DNA from: a virus
Taxonomy: Duplodnaviria; Caudoviricetes
DNA length: 64,000 bases
Strand: one strand, 5' to 3'
Virus record (IMG/VR): IMGVR_UViG_3300023084_000017
Coordinates: 1,041 to 65,040 of that record
Made by a program: the position numbers and the translations under genes. Below the pieces are notes generated by a model, which was given only the letters and a program-made list of their open reading frames with translations, was not told the DNA's origin and searched no databases. Below, piece after piece: positions 59,083-64,000 of the stretch (its first letter is position 1; each line of letters starts with the position of its first letter).

Positions 59083-59388
59083 ATGAACTATAGACCATTA
59101 CCAGACGAAGTAAGTATAAAGAAATCTAACATAGAAGGCTTAGGTTTGTTTAGTACTTGCGCAATAAAAGAAGGTAAGAACTTAGGTATGACTCACTATA
59201 AAGCACCAGAACTAGAGAATGGTTTATGTAGAACACCACTAGGTGGTTTTATAAATCACAGTGACACACCTAATTGTGAGTTGATAGGAATAGGAAAAGG
59301 TAAGTATTTAATTACATTAAAAGATATAATGCCAGACGAAGAGATAACTCTTGAATACACAATGTATAAAGTTGATAAGGTATTATAG
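59083..59388 (+). CDS. SET-domain protein (putative lysine methyltransferase)
   Basis: S.I.G.GLF..I..G..FINHS..PNC..DI...EEIT..Y. Confidence 0.9.
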   Translation: MNYRPLPDEVSIKKSNIEGLGLFSTCAIKEGKNLGMTHYKAPELENGLCRTPLGGFINHSDTPNCELIGIGKGKYLITLKDIMPDEEITLEYTMYKVDKVL

Positions 59389-59391
59389 GAT

Positions 59392-59802
59392 ATGGACAAA
59401 AACAATTCATTCGACGGAATATTTTTTGAGATGATGAAAGAAGCAATTAAACAGGCTTCTTTTGAAATGTTTGCTGAATCCCAACAATCATTTGATGTAT
59501 CTCAACAAGAAATGGAGAAACAACTTAACGCAATTATACAAGAAGTTGATGAACCAAAATCATTAACTATAGAAAGAATGCAAGAAATTGTTGAAGACTA
59601 TAGAGAGATGGGTGAGTTCGCAAGTGTAATGGATGGTATTGGTTATTTTAAAAAACCAAAAGATGTCATTGACTTGCTACTAAAACCAGAGATGTACAGA
59701 CAACAATACTTTCTTTGGGTTGAATTAGGTAGACCAAAGAAGAAGGATGAGATGTACGAAAAATTTGGCCAAGCAGTTTGGTCAAGAGAAAGTAAAGAGT
59801 GA
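59392..59802 (+). CDS. Hypothetical protein
   Basis: 136-aa co-oriented ORF. Confidence 0.6.
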   Translation: MDKNNSFDGIFFEMMKEAIKQASFEMFAESQQSFDVSQQEMEKQLNAIIQEVDEPKSLTIERMQEIVEDYREMGEFASVMDGIGYFKKPKDVIDLLLKPEMYRQQYFLWVELGRPKKKDEMYEKFGQAVWSRESKE

Positions 59803-59858
59803 TTTGCAATTTTAAATTCAATTCACTAGGGTAACAATGTTAGACAAGGAGGAATAAA

Positions 59859-60749
59859 ATGGCTTGGATAAAGTCAGAACAAGCATTAGCAACACACCCT
59901 AAGTTGTTACTGCTTTCAAAAGATTTAGGGGTATCAGTACCATCAACAGTAGGACACCTTCATTTATTATGGTGGTGGGCTTTAGATTATTGTCAAGATG
60001 GAGTTCTTACAAAGTATAGAGACTTCATTCCTTTGGCCGCACAATGGGAAGGTGATAAAGAACTTTTCATTGATAGTCTTATAAAGCATGGTTGGTTAGA
60101 CTTAATAAATTTAGCAGAGGGTTCTGATAAAGAAGATTTAGTCATACACGACTGGATGGATTACACAGGCAATTTAATTATTGTAAGAGAAAAAGATAGA
60201 GAGCGTAAGAGAAAAGCTAGAACATCTAAGAACTCTAAGAATTCTAATAACAAAGATGACTGGGAAGTATCTGAATCGCTTAATAAATCTACTAAGCCTG
60301 TCCAGAGGACGTCCGTCGGACATCCAGAGGACGTCCAGACACCGTCCGCCGTGAGAGGAGAAGAGAGGAGAGGAGATGAGAGTAGAGGAGAAGAGATTAT
60401 ATTAGCTTCTAACGAAGCAGAAATAATAGAACCAACTTCAATAAGAACAGTATTTAGTGCATTGTGTAATGCATTTGGGTATAACTCATCAGATTTAACT
60501 CAATCTTCTAGGGGTATGTTGAATAAAGTAGCTAAAGAATTATCAGAAGTAGGTGCAACTGCGTGGGATATAGAGCAAAGAATGAAGAATTATGCTTTGA
60601 CTTACGGTAAGAAACCTACACCAACTGCTTTAGCTAAGCATTGGACTGATATGATTCAAGCAAATCCACAGATAGATAGTAGAACTCTTAGCAAGTTGCA
60701 ATCAAGTGCTATAAGTAAAAGCAATCTACAAAAGTGGGCAGAAAATTAA
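59859..60749 (+). CDS. Replication initiator / replisome organizer
   Basis: MAWIK.......HPK...L......VG.L..LW.W..L...GWL..IHDW..Y; internal iterons. Confidence 0.75.
   Translation: MAWIKSEQALATHPKLLLLSKDLGVSVPSTVGHLHLLWWWALDYCQDGVLTKYRDFIPLAAQWEGDKELFIDSLIKHGWLDLINLAEGSDKEDLVIHDWMDYTGNLIIVREKDRERKRKARTSKNSKNSNNKDDWEVSESLNKSTKPVQRTSVGHPEDVQTPSAVRGEERRGDESRGEEIILASNEAEIIEPTSIRTVFSALCNAFGYNSSDLTQSSRGMLNKVAKELSEVGATAWDIEQRMKNYALTYGKKPTPTALAKHWTDMIQANPQIDSRTLSKLQSSAISKSNLQKWAEN
60299..60396. repeat. Five 11-bp GC-rich iterons plus a purine tract (putative origin)
   Basis: TGTCCAGAGGA/CGTCCGTCGGA/CATCCAGAGGA/CGTCCAGACAC/CGTCCGCCGTG, then GAGAGGAGAAGAGAGG... Confidence 0.7.
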
Positions 60750-60756
60750 AATAACC

Positions 60757-60786
60757 TGTAACTAATTGTAAACACAGGTTGTCTAA
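60757..60786 (+). promoter_or_regulatory. ECF-sigma-like promoter TGTAACT-N17-GTCTAA
   Basis: Motif copy upstream of the Sak-like gene. Confidence 0.65.
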
Positions 60787-60805
60787 GTAACTATAGGAGG
60801 AAATT

Positions 60806-61258
60806 ATGGAACAATTATTTGAACTCTCGAGAACATTTCCCGAGAAGTTTATTCACAAAAACCCTACAGGGTTTGGAGATTACATACAGCATTCAGTAAT
60901 TAGACAAAGATTATTAAGTGTTGTAGGGCCTTATTCGCAGGAAGTAAAACACATCATTCGTGAGACACTTACTGATAAGCAAGGTAAAGATAAAGAAGTT
61001 ATTACAGGCGTAGTGCTTGCATTAACTGTAGAAATTGATGGAGAGGTTGTAACTGTTGAGGAAGCAGGAGATGTAGAACAACCATTTAACTGGAAGACTG
61101 ATGGTGCTCGTATGAAAGATGCAATATCAGATGCAGTTAAAAGATGTGCAATGGCTATGGGTGTAGGTCTACATTTATGGGCTCAGTTTGATGGGCAATC
61201 AGAATACTTTCTTGATAAACAATTAGAGAAAGGTATCGAAGATGGAAAATCAAATTGA
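60806..61258 (+). CDS. Rad52/Sak-like single-strand annealing protein
   Basis: YI....I..RL..V.G..K.A.SDA.KRCA...GVG..L. Confidence 0.8.
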   Translation: MEQLFELSRTFPEKFIHKNPTGFGDYIQHSVIRQRLLSVVGPYSQEVKHIIRETLTDKQGKDKEVITGVVLALTVEIDGEVVTVEEAGDVEQPFNWKTDGARMKDAISDAVKRCAMAMGVGLHLWAQFDGQSEYFLDKQLEKGIEDGKSN

Positions 61259-61472
61259 GGAAGTTGAACAAATATTAATTGATACTTTAGATACATTAGT
61301 CACGACTTATAAAGGTACAGGACTTTACGCAGATGACGATGTAAGAATTGACATTGCCATGAAAGTTGTAAAGATACTTGAAGGCCTTAATAATTTAGAG
61401 ATGATGTATGGAATGAAGTTCGAGTTTGACATGGATATGTTAGATGAGGAAGGGGAAAGCGAAGATGAGTAA
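61242..61472 (+). CDS. Hypothetical protein
   Basis: Overlapping co-oriented ORF. Confidence 0.55.
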   Translation: MENQIEEVEQILIDTLDTLVTTYKGTGLYADDDVRIDIAMKVVKILEGLNNLEMMYGMKFEFDMDMLDEEGESEDE

Positions 61473-61648
61473 TACAAATTTGTATCCAACCAATGGGTTC
61501 GTGATACAAGACAGAGAAGGGTTTAGAACTTTTCAATATGAAGAGACTGTAAAGATTCTTAAAAAGAAAAACAGTCCTAAGTTAAAAGACCAAGAGTATA
61601 TGAAAAGACTGAAGTTAAATATTTACGGTCAGAATTGGAAAGGTTAAT

Positions 61649-61849
61649 ATGCCTACTCAATATTTAAGTGGTAGTAAAACTAAATATGCTACTCGTAAAA
61701 GTAAGCAATATGAAAAAGGTAGGGTATGTAGCAATGTTAATTGTGATGTGACATTGTCTTTGTACAACCACAGAACAGAATGTTTTAATCACTACGGGTT
61801 TAAGCAACCAAGAGTTCGTGGTAGACAACACCCAAGTCAAAAGAAATAA
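61649..61849 (+). CDS. Small Cys/His zinc-binding protein
   Basis: R.C....C...LS.YN....C..H. Confidence 0.6.
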   Translation: MPTQYLSGSKTKYATRKSKQYEKGRVCSNVNCDVTLSLYNHRTECFNHYGFKQPRVRGRQHPSQKK

Positions 61850-61940
61850 GGAGAGTTATGGACGACAAAAAAATTGCGGAAGAAGAAGGTGTTTACATCT
61901 ATGAAACAGAAGACCCAAAGCAGAAATTTAATGAATTGTC

Positions 61941-61970
61941 TGTAACCTTTTACTTCCCAATAGGGTCTAA
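61941..61970 (+). promoter_or_regulatory. ECF-sigma-like promoter TGTAACC-N17-GTCTAA, inside ORF 61858..62070
   Basis: Exact motif and spacing. Confidence 0.6.
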
Positions 61971-62177
61971 GTTACAAGGAGCTATAGGAAAAGTATTGGG
62001 AGAGTTAGTTAACTGTACTGATATCGAATATTCTATAGACATGTGGACGAAAGTTGAGGAAAATGAATAGAGCTGAAAGAAGAGCTAACAAGTCTAAAAA
62101 AGGCGGGAAATATATAGGCCTTAATAAAAATAGACAGACACAAGTTGGAAGACTAAAAAAATATTAGAGGAGGAATA

Positions 62178-62795
62178 ATGCCTAACTGGGTAGATAATAA
62201 GTTAACAATTGAAGCAGATAAACAAACAATAGATAATATTTTCAATAAGATTAAATCACAACAGTTAAATGATTCTAAAGTTTATCAAATAGCTTTGGGT
62301 TTATATCCAATGCCTAATGATATTACTTATGTCATGGGTACTGGTGGCAGTGAACAATATGCAGTATTGCAAGATAAAATTGTAAGGCCACCATCAGTTA
62401 CTAACCTTGTTGATAAAAATTATGATGAAAGATTAGAATTTGTAGACCTTACAGAAGTTCAGAAAAGAGATTTGAATGAAAAACATGGTGCTACTAATTG
62501 GTATGACTGGAATGTAAAAAACTATGGAACTAAGTGGGGTGACTGTAGAACAGAGTTGATTAATCACGAAGAGTCTAAATTGGAATTTGTGTTTGAATCC
62601 CCATGGAGTCATAGTGCGGTGTTAGCACAAAGAATATCAGAAGATTATAAAGCATCAGTGGAACTTAAGCATTACTCAATAGAGAATTGGGAGAAGGGTA
62701 TGTTCTTATTTGAAGAAGGTACTTTACATAAGTCTGAGTATGAATTACTTGGAGACCCCGATGAAGTATTAGTACCAGTGAGTGAAGAAGAGTAA
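62178..62795 (+). CDS. YubB/Api92-like ferredoxin-fold protein (DUF1281-like)
   Basis: MPNW..N.L...WYDW....YGTKW...F...WS. Confidence 0.75.
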   Translation: MPNWVDNKLTIEADKQTIDNIFNKIKSQQLNDSKVYQIALGLYPMPNDITYVMGTGGSEQYAVLQDKIVRPPSVTNLVDKNYDERLEFVDLTEVQKRDLNEKHGATNWYDWNVKNYGTKWGDCRTELINHEESKLEFVFESPWSHSAVLAQRISEDYKASVELKHYSIENWEKGMFLFEEGTLHKSEYELLGDPDEVLVPVSEEE

Positions 62796-62840
62796 TACAG
62801 ATGATGGGTAAAGTTTCTAGTAGAATAGTAGGTAGCTTTA

Positions 62841-62898
62841 GGGCGGTATGTTTCGCCACGGGGTTCGCCTCCTTTCCTCGGGGAATTTTATACCGCCC
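62841..62898 (+). ncRNA. Hairpin RNA displaying anti-SD CCUCCUUU in its apical loop
   Basis: GGGCGGTAT/ATACCGCCC stem, inner CGGGG/CCTCG, loop TTCGCCTCCTTT. Confidence 0.5.
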
Positions 62899-62911
62899 AT
62901 CTTTATTTTTA

Positions 62912-62990
62912 GGGGGTGACAGGGATAGACTTATTGTTTTGCGGGACAGCGTTACAAGAAGTAACTGGGGTTCAATTCCCCACACCTCCA
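62912..62990 (+). ncRNA. tmRNA-like tRNA(Ala)-mimic domain lacking the mRNA-like domain
   Basis: Acceptor stem GGGGGTG/CACCTCC-A with G3.U70; stemless D-loop ending GAC; T-arm TGGGG-TTCAATT-CCCCA. Confidence 0.65.
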
Positions 62991-63030
62991 CTAATATCAC
63001 GCGAGTGATATAATGTTTCATAAAGAAAAT

Positions 63031-63089
63031 GGGGAGGTTGAAGTTCATACAGAAGTTGTCCTCTGTGTGGTCTCCTTTCTAACCTCTCT
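63031..63089 (+). ncRNA. Hairpin RNA containing GUCUCCUUUCUA (anti-SD)
   Basis: GGGGAGGTTG/TAACCTCTCT and CATACAGA/TCTGTGTG stems; TGnTATAAT at 63006-63014. Confidence 0.45.
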
Positions 63090-63123
63090 ATCTTCCTTTG
63101 TGTAACATACAGCTATCTGTAAT

Positions 63124-63561
63124 GCAGGTAGCTTGAACTGAAAGGTGCACTCCGTTAAAAGCGGACTCTTGCGAATGCATCGTTCGGTTCAAGGTACTTG
63201 CTTATAAGAATTTGTAAGTACTTGGCTACTGAAGAATAGGGTAATACCCAACAAGTAGGTAGCTTGTAGCACATAGCAGAGTTAAAGGTCTGCAGACACT
63301 TTAAACGATTGCTAAAAACTGTTGTGTGTTACAAGCTATCTATTAGTTCAGAACCATATTGGGATTGAAGTTGTAATGACTGAAAGTTTCAAGTCAGTAT
63401 GGATTAGTAGGTAGCTTGTAGCACATAGGACAATGGGTGTTATTACACGACTTAAATGCGTGGCATTGAAATAATATGCGACCCTCTCTGATAACATCAA
63501 TGAGTGGTTATCGCTTCACTGATAACATCATTAGATGTCTTGTGTGTTACAAGCTATCTAT
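63124..63561 (+). repeat. Array of long hairpins with conserved arms and variable interiors
   Basis: Units at 63124-63201, 63255-63343 and 63407-63561; the last two share an identical 23-nt 5' arm and 22-nt 3' arm. Confidence 0.75.
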
Positions 63562-63572
63562 AAGGAGAAATA

Positions 63573-63947
63573 GTGGAAGAATTAAAACACAATTTATTTG
63601 TGTATGGAACATTAAGAGAAGGTCAATCGCGTAACAATGTGTTTCGTGATGCAGAATATATAGGTGTCAGGAAGACCAAACCTCATTACACAATGTATAG
63701 TCTTGGTGCGTTCCCTGCGTTATCAACTCTTGGTAATACAGAAATAGTTGGAGATGTATATAAAGTATCTGATTACACATTAGAATTGTGCGATATGATT
63801 GAGGGACACCCTAGTTTTTACCAGAGATTACCTATTGAATTGCAAGATGAGTCTATAGAAGAACCATTTGCATACTTTATTGTAAATAGAAATTGGTCTG
63901 GACACGCAAAGATTGATAGTGGTAATTGGGTAAAGGAACTCATATAG
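63573..63947 (+). CDS. Gamma-glutamylcyclotransferase (AIG2-like)
   Basis: LFVYGTLR.G..FPAL..I.G.VY.V....L...D..EG.P..Y.R. Confidence 0.9.
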   Translation: MEELKHNLFVYGTLREGQSRNNVFRDAEYIGVRKTKPHYTMYSLGAFPALSTLGNTEIVGDVYKVSDYTLELCDMIEGHPSFYQRLPIELQDESIEEPFAYFIVNRNWSGHAKIDSGNWVKELI

Positions 63948-64000
63948 TCCCCTTCTACCCATTACACATTCTCCTTATACCAAAAGGACAAATCATTGGT

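Noticed and set aside
62912-62990. Canonical tRNA-Ala(UGC)
   Set aside because: TGC is present, but there is no D-stem, no U8 and no 5-bp stem around a 7-nt anticodon loop; the architecture fits a tmRNA tRNA-like domain better
62665-63048. ORFs 62665..63048 (minus) and 62801..63013 (plus)
   Set aside because: They run through structured RNA elements, have atypical composition and lack well-placed RBSs at their listed starts
63255-63561. CRISPR array or hammerhead ribozymes
   Set aside because: The repeats are inverted arm pairs with unequal structured interiors, and no cas genes are present; CTGATAA does not match the CUGANGA/GAAA core

Overview
AT-rich tailed-phage (siphovirus-type, HK97-fold) genome segment. 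The host is most likely an actinobacterium, given a WhiB gene, an actinobacterial-type LexA box and leaderless genes; the low GC suggests a marine Actinomarina-like host, which is inference. Positions 1-40.8 kb (minus strand) hold the virion and packaging module: terS, WhiB, DEDDh exonuclease, AIPR-like protein, terL, extended portal, prohead protease, major capsid protein, neck genes (one giant), major tail protein, frameshifted tail chaperone, tape measure, a split tail-hub gene with an inserted GH24 lysozyme, and fibre and Gly-rich genes. Positions 40.9-49.7 kb (plus strand) form an early or host-takeover-like block with many mini-genes, strong RBSs and intergenic hairpins. That block includes two amidoligases, a class II glutamine amidotransferase and acidic paralogs sharing an N-terminal [VI]PxWN motif. 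Positions 50-62.8 kb carry DNA-metabolism and accessory genes (ParB-like, SSB, DUF932, Zn-finger, transglycosylase, SET, replication initiator with iterons, Rad52/Sak-like); seven TGTAAC[CT]-N17-GTCTAA ECF-sigma-like promoters lie between 43.8 and 62 kb. The most striking unexplained feature is a roughly 750-nt structured non-coding locus at 62.8-63.56 kb. It contains a 79-nt tmRNA-like alanine acceptor without an mRNA domain, two hairpins carrying anti-Shine-Dalgarno sequences, and an array of constant-arm, variable-loop hairpins. All calls come from motif reading by eye; no searches were run.
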